This document shows, piece by piece, positions 8,647-16,968 of a stretch of DNA of 22,103 nucleotides. The stretch is from the NCBI GenBank assembly GCA_040752695.1, contig JBFMGO010000094.1, positions 1 to 22,103 of the forward strand, written 5' to 3'. The notes beneath the pieces are model-generated. The model saw only the letters and a list, made by a program, of their open reading frames with translations, searched no databases and was not told where the DNA came from. Origin of the DNA: a bacterium (GTDB taxonomy: Bacteria > SZUA-182 > DTGQ01). The stretch's first letter is position 1. Each line of letters starts with the position of its first letter. The position numbers and the translations under genes are program-made.

Positions 8647-9948
8647 CTAGAACAGGAGGAAATACAGACCAGAGATTACCGCCGGCACCGCTGTAGCCGT
8701 AGGAACAACAGGAGCAGGAACGAGAGCTGTAGGTGCAGCAACCGTAGGAGCAACGATTGTAGGAGCAACAACAGGAGCGACAACCGTAGGTACAACTGGA
8801 GCGGCAATCGTAGGTACAACAGGAGTTACGACCGTAGGTACAGGCGGAGGAACAACAACCGTAGGTACAACTGGTACCGTGGGTACGACAGGAGCGACAA
8901 CCGTAGGTACAAGCGGAGGAACAACAACCGTAGGTACAACTGGTACCGTGGGTACGACAGGAGCGATAACCGTAGGTACGAGAGGCACCGTGGGTACGAC
9001 TGGAGCGACAACCGTAGGAGCAACAACCGTAGGAGCAACAACCGCAGGTGCTACAGCCGGAGCAGCAATGGTAGGAGCAACAGCCAGGGTAAGATCAAAA
9101 CTTCCTGCCTGAGTAACTCCCAGGGCGGTAGCTACAGCGCCGGTAGCTACAACCGCGATATTCCAGGTACCGGTCATGGTTGTAGGACTGGTCAGGGTTC
9201 CATTGATCTGCAGAGCATATTTACCCAAAGGATCGATTCCACTGACACTGACTGAATAGGCAGTAGAGGTGCCATAAACCGTAATCGCTGCCGGGATAAG
9301 AGCGTTTCCAAAGAGGGTTGCCGTTCCACTGAGGAATCCGGTTATAGGATTCTCGACCAGGGTCAGCGTCATATCAGCAAACAGAAAGCCAAGATGCCAG
9401 GTTCCGGTCCAAGCCCCGGCCTGTTCGGTAGAAGCAAAAGAAAGCAGACCTCCCAGGTTTCCAAAGCCAGTCGGCCTGCCCAGACTGCTGTACATTCCAC
9501 CCAGTCCGCTATACATGCTGCCGCCGTATATTCCACGCAGGCCGCCATACAGGCCACCCAGACCGGAATACATTCCACCCAGGCCGCCATACAGGCTGCT
9601 GCCATACAGCCCGCCGCCATACAGCCCGCCCATACCGTAGAGGCTGCCACCATACAGGCTGCCGCCATACAGCCCGCCGCCATACAGCCCGCCTAAACCA
9701 TAGGTTCTTCCCATGCCGCTATACATACCACCATACAATCCACCGCCATACATACTTCCGAACAGACCACTACCCAGACCATAGGAGCCAAGACCATAGG
9801 ATCTACTCCCTAAGAGACTCGAAAGACTGGAGAAACCGCCACCATAAGAGCCGTAATATCCTTCACTTGGCTTGGCGAGAGTGATCATCAGGCAAAAGAC
9901 TAAGAGACACGATAAACAAGTCCATAATTTTCCAATATTCTTCTTCAT
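8647..9948 (-). CDS. Secreted Gly/Tyr-rich repeat protein (paralog A): GLYG repeats, conserved beta domain, Val/Pro/Thr/Ala tail
   Basis: 433 aa. Signal peptide MKKNIGK...PSEG then [13 protein letters not shown] repeats, [10 protein letters not shown] domain, (VAPVVPT)n tail ending [12 protein letters not shown]-like GAAAGG upstream. Clear paralogy with neighbours. Confidence 0.9.
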   Translation of the reverse strand: MKKNIGKLWTCLSCLLVFCLMITLAKPSEGYYGSYGGGFSSLSSLLGSRSYGLGSYGLGSGLFGSMYGGGLYGGMYSGMGRTYGLGGLYGGGLYGGSLYGGSLYGMGGLYGGGLYGSSLYGGLGGMYSGLGGLYGGLRGIYGGSMYSGLGGMYSSLGRPTGFGNLGGLLSFASTEQAGAWTGTWHLGFLFADMTLTLVENPITGFLSGTATLFGNALIPAAITVYGTSTAYSVSVSGIDPLGKYALQINGTLTSPTTMTGTWNIAVVATGAVATALGVTQAGSFDLTLAVAPTIAAPAVAPAVVAPTVVAPTVVAPVVPTVPLVPTVIAPVVPTVPVVPTVVVPPLVPTVVAPVVPTVPVVPTVVVPPPVPTVVTPVVPTIAAPVVPTVVAPVVAPTIVAPTVAAPTALVPAPVVPTATAVPAVISGLYFLLF

Positions 9949-10043
9949 AAGACGATACCTTCTTTACATAAAATGCACTTTGACGCGCATTGCTTAACAT
10001 TCTCAAGAACTCGTAAAAGCTCCTTTGGATAAAAGGCAAAGAG

Positions 10044-10085
10044 GGTGACCTTCTCTTTTTTACGTTTCTTCAAAAGAAGGTCACC
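10044..10085 (-). other. Intergenic stem-loop upstream of paralog A
   Basis: GGTGACCTTCT (10044-10054) pairs with AGAAGGTCACC (10075-10085). Purine-rich loop in the mRNA sense. Confidence 0.7.
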
Positions 10086-10133
10086 TTAAGCCCGTTATCC
10101 TATAACTCCTTCAGCCTTACGATGCCTTATCCT

Positions 10134-11039
10134 TTAAACAACAGGTGTAGACAGGGTAAGGTTAAAGCTGCCGGTTTCTTTGATCGAACTGCTGTTGATC
10201 AAAGTATAGGTTCCAGTCATCGTGGTCGTAGAAGTCAGAGTTGCCACGATATCAATGGTATAGGTCGTACTGCCAAGGCCAAGACCAGAGCCGGAGATAA
10301 TGAGCTGGTTGTTCAGAGCTGTTCCGGTAACATCTACCAGGGTGCCCAGGAAGGGGTTACCCAAAAGTTGAACGTATCCAGCCAGCCCTCCAAGGACAGG
10401 ATCTACAATGATATTGAGAGTCATAGGCCCGGAGACCAGTCCTGAAGACCATATACCAGTCCAGGTTCCAGCCTGCTCTGCAAGACCATATCCTAAGCCA
10501 CCGAAACCGCCCAGGCCACTGTAAAGGCCGCCGCCGTACAGACCGCCAAGACCGCCATACAGGCCGCCCATACCACCATACATACTGCTGCCGTACAGAC
10601 CGCCCATACCACCATACATACTGCTGCCATAAAGGCCACCGTACATGCCGCCATACAGGCCACCCATACCGTAGAGTCTGCTACCATACAGACCGCCGCC
10701 ATACAGGCTGCTCATACCGTACATGCCGCCATACAGGCCGCCCATACCGTAGAGGCTGCTGCCATAAAGGCCGCCCATACCATAGCTGCTGCCATACAGG
10801 CCGCCATACAGACCGCCCAGACCACCATACATGCTGCTGCCATAAAGGCCGCCGTACATGCCGCCCATACCGTAGAGGCTGCTACCATACAGACCGCCGC
10901 CATACAGGCTGCTCATACCGTAGAGGCTGCTGCCATAAGAGCTGTAATATCCTTCACTTGGGGTGGAGAGAGTGATCATCAGGCAGAATACTAACAGGAA
11001 CGATAAACCGGTCGATAATTTTCCAAAATTTGTCTTCAT
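10134..11039 (-). CDS. Secreted Gly/Tyr-rich repeat protein (paralog B): GLYG/YGSS repeats plus conserved beta domain
   Basis: Start moved from 11060 to ATG 11039 ([15 protein letters not shown]) by homology with paralog A and an upstream AGAAGGT. 301 aa. [11 protein letters not shown] domain, ends LSTPVV. Confidence 0.9.
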   Translation of the reverse strand: MKTNFGKLSTGLSFLLVFCLMITLSTPSEGYYSSYGSSLYGMSSLYGGGLYGSSLYGMGGMYGGLYGSSMYGGLGGLYGGLYGSSYGMGGLYGSSLYGMGGLYGGMYGMSSLYGGGLYGSRLYGMGGLYGGMYGGLYGSSMYGGMGGLYGSSMYGGMGGLYGGLGGLYGGGLYSGLGGFGGLGYGLAEQAGTWTGIWSSGLVSGPMTLNIIVDPVLGGLAGYVQLLGNPFLGTLVDVTGTALNNQLIISGSGLGLGSTTYTIDIVATLTSTTTMTGTYTLINSSSIKETGSFNLTLSTPVV

Positions 11040-11130
11040 CAAACGATACCTTCTTTGCATGAAATACTCTTATGCATTGCTTAAAAATCTCAAGAGCTTG
11101 TGAAAGCCCGGGTTTACAAAGCAGGGAGAG

Positions 11131-11169
11131 TGGCCTTCTCTTTTTCAGTTTCCCTACAAGAGAAGACCA
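11131..11169 (-). other. Intergenic stem-loop upstream of paralog B
   Basis: TGGCCTTCTCTT (11131-11142) pairs with AAGAGAAGACCA (11158-11169), one mismatch. Homologous to the hairpin at 10044. Confidence 0.65.
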
Positions 11170-11219
11170 TATCTCCTCCACGCGACATGTAACGTAAGCC
11201 TTATAAAAAACCTTCTTCT

Positions 11220-12044
11220 CTAAATAACAGGTGTAAGTAAGCTAAGGTTAAAGCTGCCTGTTTCTTTGATCGAACTGCTGTTGATCAAAGTGTACGTACC
11301 GGTCATCGTAGTCGTAGAGGTCAGAGTTGCCACTATATCAATGGTATAGGTCGTACTGCCAAGGCCAAGACCAGAACCTGAAATAATGAGCTGGTTGTTC
11401 AGAGCTGTTCCGGTAACATCCACCAGGGTGCCCAGGAAGGGATTACCCAAAAGTTGAACGTATCCAGCCAGCCCTCCAAGGACAGGATCCACGATAAGGT
11501 TGAGAGTCATTGGCCCGGCAACCAGTCCTGAAGACCAGGTACCATTCCAGGTCCCTGCCTGCTCAGCAACCGCTGGTGCTGTGGTTGTCCCACCAAGCAG
11601 CGAGCCAGACAAAGCTGATAAGAGCGCTATCGTACTCAAATCACCCATGCCGTAGAGCCCGCCAAGGCCATAGAGTCCACCAAGACCGTAGAGCCCGCCG
11701 TAGAGCCCCAGACCGCCGTACAGTCCGCCGTAAAGCCCCAGACCGCCGTACAGCCCGCCATAGAGCCCCAGACCGCCGTACAGCCCGCCATAGAGCCCCA
11801 GACCGCCGTACAGACCGCCGTAGAGGCCGTAGCCGCCATACAGCCCGCCGTAGAGCCCCAGACCGCCGTACAGCCCGCCGTAGAGGCCGTAGCCGCCGTA
11901 CAGACCGCCGTAGAGCCCCAGACCTCCATATAAACTTCCCAAACCCAATCCATAGTAGGCATCCGCTTTTTTCGCGGGTGTATTAACAAGAGCAAGCGTA
12001 AGTAATAAGATTGTAATCAGTACTTTAACCTTAGAGAAACGCAT
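11220..12044 (-). CDS. Secreted Gly/Tyr-rich repeat protein (paralog C): 10-aa YGG(L/Y)GLYGGL repeats plus conserved beta domain
   Basis: Start moved to ATG 12044 (MRFSKVKV..KADA|YYG) because of an AAGGAG RBS and homology to paralog E. 274 aa. 30-bp DNA repeats at ~11690-11930. AEQAGTWNGTW domain, ends LLTPVI. Confidence 0.9.
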   Translation of the reverse strand: MRFSKVKVLITILLLTLALVNTPAKKADAYYGLGLGSLYGGLGLYGGLYGGYGLYGGLYGGLGLYGGLYGGYGLYGGLYGGLGLYGGLYGGLGLYGGLYGGLGLYGGLYGGLGLYGGLYGLGGLYGLGGLYGMGDLSTIALLSALSGSLLGGTTTAPAVAEQAGTWNGTWSSGLVAGPMTLNLIVDPVLGGLAGYVQLLGNPFLGTLVDVTGTALNNQLIISGSGLGLGSTTYTIDIVATLTSTTTMTGTYTLINSSSIKETGSFNLSLLTPVI

Positions 12045-12190
12045 ATTTAAACTCCTTCTCTCTCCCCCTTGGTTTTGCACAGTAGCTCAAAGGATAGTGA
12101 GAATCAGCTTTACTATACTCCACTTTGAATAAAACAATCAGTCATTTTGAAAAGGAGATCCATGTTATACAATAATTATCATCCTCACTG

Positions 12191-13573
12191 CTAGAACAGG
12201 AGGAAATACAGACCAGAGATTACCGCCGGCACCGCTGTAGCCGTAGGAACAACAGGAGCAGGAACGAGAGCTGTAGGAGCAGCAACCGTCGGAGCAATGA
12301 GTGTAGGAGCAACAACTGGAGCAGCAACCGTAGGTACAACAGGAGCAGCAACTGTAGGTACAACAGGAATCACAATCGTAGGTACGACCGGAGGAGCAAC
12401 AACTGTAGGCACTATTGGAGCGATAACCGTAGGAACGACTGGAGCGACAACCGTAGGAACGACTGGAGGAGCTATAACCGTAGGTACTATTGGAGCAGCA
12501 ACCGTAGGTACTACAGGAGCAACAACCGTAGGAGCGACAACTGTAGGAGCGACAACCGTAGGAACGACAACCGGCGCAGGAATGGTAGCAACAGTAGTCA
12601 GGGTAAGATCAAAGCTTCCTGTCTGGAGAACTCCCAGAGCCTTAACTACAATACCGGTGGCTACACTTACGATACTCCACGTTCCGGTCATGGTTGTAGG
12701 ACTGGTCAAGGTTCCATTAATCTGCAGAGCATAAAGACCAGCAGCAGTAATTCCACTGAGGCTGACAGAATAAGGAGTAGAGGTACCATAGACCGTAACC
12801 GGTGTTGGGACAGAGGCATTTCCAAACAGGGTTGCCGTTCCGTTGAGGAATCCGGTCAAAGGATCTTCAACCAGGGTCAAGGTCATGTCAGCAAACAGAA
12901 AACCCAGATACCAGGTTCCTGTCCATGCTCCGGCCTGCTCAGCAGCAATAACTGTAGCCGCAGGTGCAGGCGCAGCAGGTGCTGCCGGAACCACAGCAGG
13001 AGTAGTAGTGGTGGTGGTAGTGGTAGTAAGTCCGCCCAGCAGGCTTCCCAGATCTCCCAGTCCTCCCAGACCGCTCAAGCCACTCAGGCCACCCATCATG
13101 CCCATCATGCCCAGGCCACCGTAAAGACCGCCATACATTCCGCCATAGAGGCCGCCATACATTCCGCCGCCATACAGACCGCCCAGACCGCTATAGATTA
13201 TGCCGCGGTTATATCCACCAAGACCGTACATTCCGCCCAGGCCGCCATATAAACCGCCATATAAACCGCCATACATGCCCATGCCGTATAAGCCGCCATA
13301 CATGCCCATGCCGTAGAGGCCGCCATACATGCCCATGCCGTATAAGCCGCCATACATACCGCCCAGGCCGCCATATAAACCGCCATACATGCCCATGCCG
13401 TATAAGCCGCCATACATACCGCCATACATACTGCCATACAGACCACCGCCATACAGGCCACCATAGGAACCATAGTAGCCTTCACTTGGCCTGGAAAGGG
13501 CAATAATCAAGCAGAATATCAAGAGGTAGGATAAGCAGGCTTTTAACCATAATTTTCCAAAATCTTCCTTCAT
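12191..13573 (-). CDS. Secreted Gly/Tyr-rich repeat protein (paralog D): YGGLYGMGM repeats, poly-Thr linker, beta domain, Val/Pro/Thr/Ala tail
   Basis: Start moved to ATG 13573 (MKEDFGKLW..PSEG|YYG), RBS AAAGGA. 460 aa. [11 protein letters not shown] domain. The tail ends identically to paralog A. Confidence 0.9.
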   Translation of the reverse strand: MKEDFGKLWLKACLSYLLIFCLIIALSRPSEGYYGSYGGLYGGGLYGSMYGGMYGGLYGMGMYGGLYGGLGGMYGGLYGMGMYGGLYGMGMYGGLYGMGMYGGLYGGLYGGLGGMYGLGGYNRGIIYSGLGGLYGGGMYGGLYGGMYGGLYGGLGMMGMMGGLSGLSGLGGLGDLGSLLGGLTTTTTTTTTPAVVPAAPAAPAPAATVIAAEQAGAWTGTWYLGFLFADMTLTLVEDPLTGFLNGTATLFGNASVPTPVTVYGTSTPYSVSLSGITAAGLYALQINGTLTSPTTMTGTWSIVSVATGIVVKALGVLQTGSFDLTLTTVATIPAPVVVPTVVAPTVVAPTVVAPVVPTVAAPIVPTVIAPPVVPTVVAPVVPTVIAPIVPTVVAPPVVPTIVIPVVPTVAAPVVPTVAAPVVAPTLIAPTVAAPTALVPAPVVPTATAVPAVISGLYFLLF

Positions 13574-13665
13574 CTTACATCCTTTCCTTAACATCAGGCA
13601 CTGCATGCATTAGTGCATACAGAACCCAAATCTCTCAGAACCCTACACTAAAACCTCTCGTTAGA

Positions 13666-13709
13666 CGGGAGGGTAACCCTTCTTTACTTTCTTGGGGACT
13701 ACCCTCCCG
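13666..13709 (-). other. Intergenic stem-loop upstream of paralog D
   Basis: CGGGAGGGTA (13666-13675) pairs with TACCCTCCCG (13700-13709), extendable inward. Purine-rich loop in the mRNA sense. Confidence 0.7.
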
Positions 13710-13740
13710 GTAAAGCATCTCAACCTGAAAAAGTTATTGT

Positions 13741-14487
13741 TTAGATAACAGGAGTAAGCAGGCCGAGTTGGAAACTACCAGTTTCAACAAGTGAAGAACT
13801 GTTGATCAAGGTGTAGGTACCGGTCATGGCCGTAGTAGAGGTCAAGGTACCCGTAATATCAATAGTGAAGGTCATGCCGCCAAGGCCGATACCGGAGCCG
13901 GAGAGAATGATCTGGTTATTAAGAGAGGTACCGGTGACATCCACCAGACTGCCCAGCGTGGGATTGCCCAAAAGTTGAACGTATCCGGCCAGTCCTCCGA
14001 GGACGGGATCCACAACGATATTGAGAGTCATCGGTCCGGAAACAAGCCCTGAAGACCACAGACCTTCCCATGTCCCGGCTTGTTCAGCAAGACCATATCT
14101 CAAACCACCATAACCATACAGGCTGCTGCCGTATAAACCGCCATACAGGCCCATGCCGTAGAGGCCGCCATACAGGCCCATGCCGTATAAGCCGCCATAC
14201 ATACCATAGCCGCCATACAGACCGCCATACATGCCCATGCCGTATAAGCCGCCATACATGCCCATGCCGTAGAGGCCGCCATACATGCCCATGCCGTATA
14301 AGCCGCCATACATACCATAGCCGCCATACAGACCGCCATACAGCCCGTAGCCGCCACCATAGAGACCACCATATAAGCTTCCCAAACCCATTCCATAGTA
14401 GGCATCTGCTTTTTGTGCAGACATACTCATGAGAGCAAAAAACAAAAATGAAAGTGTAATCGCTACCTTAACCTTAGAGAACCGCAT
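13741..14487 (-). CDS. Secreted Gly/Tyr-rich repeat protein (paralog E): YGGLYGMGM repeats plus conserved beta domain
   Basis: 248 aa. MRFSKVKV..KADA|YYG, AEQAGTWEGLW domain, ends LLTPVI. GGAG RBS upstream. Confidence 0.9.
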   Translation of the reverse strand: MRFSKVKVAITLSFLFFALMSMSAQKADAYYGMGLGSLYGGLYGGGYGLYGGLYGGYGMYGGLYGMGMYGGLYGMGMYGGLYGMGMYGGLYGGYGMYGGLYGMGLYGGLYGMGLYGGLYGSSLYGYGGLRYGLAEQAGTWEGLWSSGLVSGPMTLNIVVDPVLGGLAGYVQLLGNPTLGSLVDVTGTSLNNQIILSGSGIGLGGMTFTIDITGTLTSTTAMTGTYTLINSSSLVETGSFQLGLLTPVI

Positions 14488-14696
14488 GATACCAACTCCC
14501 TCTCTCTCCCCCTCCTAGCACGTAATGAATAAGTGGTTAACGATTGAATTAAATGCATGAAATGCACACGACAATTGATTTACTCCCGATAAACAACCAC
14601 CTCCTTACTTTTTGATCATCGACAAACAAAGATTCCGGCATAGTTTGTCAATGGAGTTGTTCCCATAATATGTACTCCTCTCTTCTTTACCCACTT

Positions 14697-16556
14697 TCAG
14701 GATCCCGAATAGTAATAATAGGGGAATTGAATCATTGACAATGGACCCATCGATAACGGATTGGCAACCAGCGACAGTAGATTCGTTCCCACAGACCATG
14801 ATAGTGGATTCATACTCAGAGACCACGGGTACGTAACCAAAGACCGTTGATTCGAACTCAGCGACAACGAGTTCGTACCGAAAGACCATGGATTCATGAA
14901 CACAGACCATGGGTTCGAACTCAGAAGCAATGAGTTCGTACCAAAAGACCATGGATTTGCGAACGTTGATAACGGATTCAAACCCGTAAAAAGCGACGGC
15001 TGCTGAAAATTGCTCCCGAACAAGGGAAAAGGGCCCGCCAATTCAGCCAGAATCGCACTGGACGGGTCGATTCCGAAAAAAACAGCCAAAGGATCCGGCT
15101 GAGATAAACGAAGAAGCGTCGAATTCAGAACAGGATCCGCAGCCAATGCCAGGGGCACCAGGCCACCCGCCACTGCTGCTACAGGCAAAACCGATTGCAC
15201 TGCTGCCAGTGCATCGATCAGCCCCCAGCCGAAGTCCTCATCCCAGCCCGCAGTTCCAAGATCTATAGCCGTGGCTTCCAGGGTGGTTTTCAAGGCATCG
15301 GGACTTAAAGTATTCCCAGCCACAGATTGAACCAGAGCAGCCACACCCGAAGCATGGGCAGCGGCACAGGAAGTTCCCTGATAGAGTGCGTAATTGAACT
15401 GCGTAAAGACTGTTCCGTCATGAGTCTGCTGACAGATGCCGTCCTGGTGTCCGTCCTGGTTCTGGTCAACGGAAAGATCGCCACCCGGAGCACAGATATC
15501 CACATCCGGTCCATAGTTGGAATAAAATGGACGGGTCCTGTCGTATCGAACCGCGCTGACACACACGCAGGTGGGATACGACGAAGGATAGTGGGGAATG
15601 CTGGTGGCATTGTTTCCCGCAGAGGTAATGATACTCACCCCATTCAGGTAAGCATAATTAACCGCGTCCTGGAGCGTCGCAGATGCGGTATACGTACCAA
15701 AACTCATGTTAATGATTTTAATACCATTATTGACCGCATAGTAAATCCCGTCGGCAATATCACTGAAAAGACCATTGCTTGAGCTGTCCAGCACCTTGAT
15801 CGGCATGATGGTACATCCATAGGCGATTCCGGCTACACCCAGAAGATTATTGGTGGTCTGGGCAATAGTGCCCGCTATGTGAGTGCCATGTCCGTTATCA
15901 TCGTCCGAATAGCCATCGTCATTGACGAAATCCCAGCCTGGCTTAAAGAGTGTGCCCGCAAAGTCCGGGGCCCTGACATAAATCCCATTATTTTCAAAAG
16001 CTACACCGGTATCGATTACGGCCACCGTAACACCGCTTCCATTGGAAAGATCCCAGGCCAGTTCCATATTGATCATGGGGAAGTTCCATTGGTAAATATA
16101 GTAAGGATCGTTCGGAACCAATTCGGCCCTGGCCAGATAATTGGGCTCTGCGTACTCAATGGCAGGATCCTGTCTCAGAAGCGCAGCGACTTCCAGTGCA
16201 TTGTTGACGGGAAGCACTGCACGTTGAAAGCCTGTTCTGATATTCGCTTCGACTCCTCTGATCCCCTGGCTGGCCAGAAGCCGCGAGACCTGTGCCTGAC
16301 TGACTCCTGCTCTCACCCTGAAGATAACCTCGTTCGGAGCAAACGCGCCAACATCTAAGGACCGGAATGCAAAAGGCACAATTGCCCCCGGTACAGGGAG
16401 AAGAAAAAGAGCCCGGCATCTTACCGGATACAAAAAGAGGCAGAAAGACCCAAGAATACATAAAACGAATTTTGGCTGATCGCCTCGCCACTTTGTATTT
16501 GACAAAGCAGCCATGATAATGCTTAAATTCTTTCCTGATGGCATAGTTTTTTTCAA
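14697..16556 (-). CDS. Secreted subtilisin-like serine peptidase (S8) with propeptide and a low-complexity NPWS-repeat C-terminal tail
   Basis: Catalytic motifs VAVIDTG (Asp), HGTHIAG (His), SAGN (oxyanion Asn), GTSCAAAH (Ser). EYAEPNY/PNDPYY propeptide junction. Hydrophobic N-terminal segment ending RCRA. The start is uncertain (TTG 16556, ATG 16544 or ATG 16514). Confidence 0.92.
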   Translation of the reverse strand: MKKTMPSGKNLSIIMAALSNTKWRGDQPKFVLCILGSFCLFLYPVRCRALFLLPVPGAIVPFAFRSLDVGAFAPNEVIFRVRAGVSQAQVSRLLASQGIRGVEANIRTGFQRAVLPVNNALEVAALLRQDPAIEYAEPNYLARAELVPNDPYYIYQWNFPMINMELAWDLSNGSGVTVAVIDTGVAFENNGIYVRAPDFAGTLFKPGWDFVNDDGYSDDDNGHGTHIAGTIAQTTNNLLGVAGIAYGCTIMPIKVLDSSSNGLFSDIADGIYYAVNNGIKIINMSFGTYTASATLQDAVNYAYLNGVSIITSAGNNATSIPHYPSSYPTCVCVSAVRYDRTRPFYSNYGPDVDICAPGGDLSVDQNQDGHQDGICQQTHDGTVFTQFNYALYQGTSCAAAHASGVAALVQSVAGNTLSPDALKTTLEATAIDLGTAGWDEDFGWGLIDALAAVQSVLPVAAVAGGLVPLALAADPVLNSTLLRLSQPDPLAVFFGIDPSSAILAELAGPFPLFGSNFQQPSLFTGLNPLSTFANPWSFGTNSLLLSSNPWSVFMNPWSFGTNSLSLSSNQRSLVTYPWSLSMNPLSWSVGTNLLSLVANPLSMGPLSMIQFPYYYYSGS

Positions 16557-16629
16557 GAATAGTGACTGTAAAAGTTAATCTTAAGGGCCCCCGGAAAAAA
16601 GAGCCCTACCCCTTGCTCTTCTTATGGTT

Positions 16630-16645
16630 AGCATAGTTGATGCCA
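16630..16645 (-). promoter_or_regulatory. Candidate sigma54 (-24/-12) promoter at the head of the S8 + Gly/Tyr array
   Basis: Minus strand TGGCATCAACTATGCT = TGGCA, GG-N10-GC, ~75-90 nt upstream of the S8 start. Confidence 0.65.
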
Positions 16646-16968
16646 ATGTTGTTTTTTTGAAGATAGATACAGGCTGGCTCTGGATCGAATGGATATCTGA
16701 AAAATTTCCGGCAGATTTTCGGTCTATCCGGTGATCGGTGCAGTCTGTCCCTTACGGAAACTCTTTTTCTTTCACGGACCTTAATAAGGTACCGCAACAT
16801 AGTATAAAAATTACCTCTTGAAGGGATACGCGGCCACTTTCCGGCTTTCATTGTCCAATGATTGAAGAGGGGGGTAAAATTTATGCAGTATTGGAAAATT
16901 TTATGGAGGCTTCGAACGACAGAGCTGTTTTTCAACGATATGCCGTTTTTTATGAAAGGTATCAGCTT

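Noticed and set aside
8443..9255. 270-aa Arg/Asn/Tyr-rich plus-strand ORF, and similar shadow ORFs at 8879, 9394, 11510, 12297 and 14070
   Set aside because: Antisense frames of the repeat genes. Low-complexity codon use keeps them open. The minus-strand frames have the RBS, signal peptides and synonymous-site variation.
11690..11930. Regular 30-bp repeats as a possible CRISPR array, given the nearby cas genes
   Set aside because: They are contiguous in-frame coding repeats without unique spacers. No repeat-spacer array is visible anywhere in the window.
13000..14400. YGGL/YGGM resemblance to enkephalins (YGGFL/YGGFM)
   Set aside because: The essential Phe is missing and there are no dibasic processing sites. 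The similarity is expected from composition.
9369..14405. Cys/Met/Ala-rich alternative-frame ORFs ([10 protein letters not shown]...) that look like RiPP precursors or metallothioneins
   Set aside because: Frame-shifted readings of GGC-CTG-TAT-GGC repeats, nested in the real genes, with no independent RBS or maturation enzymes.
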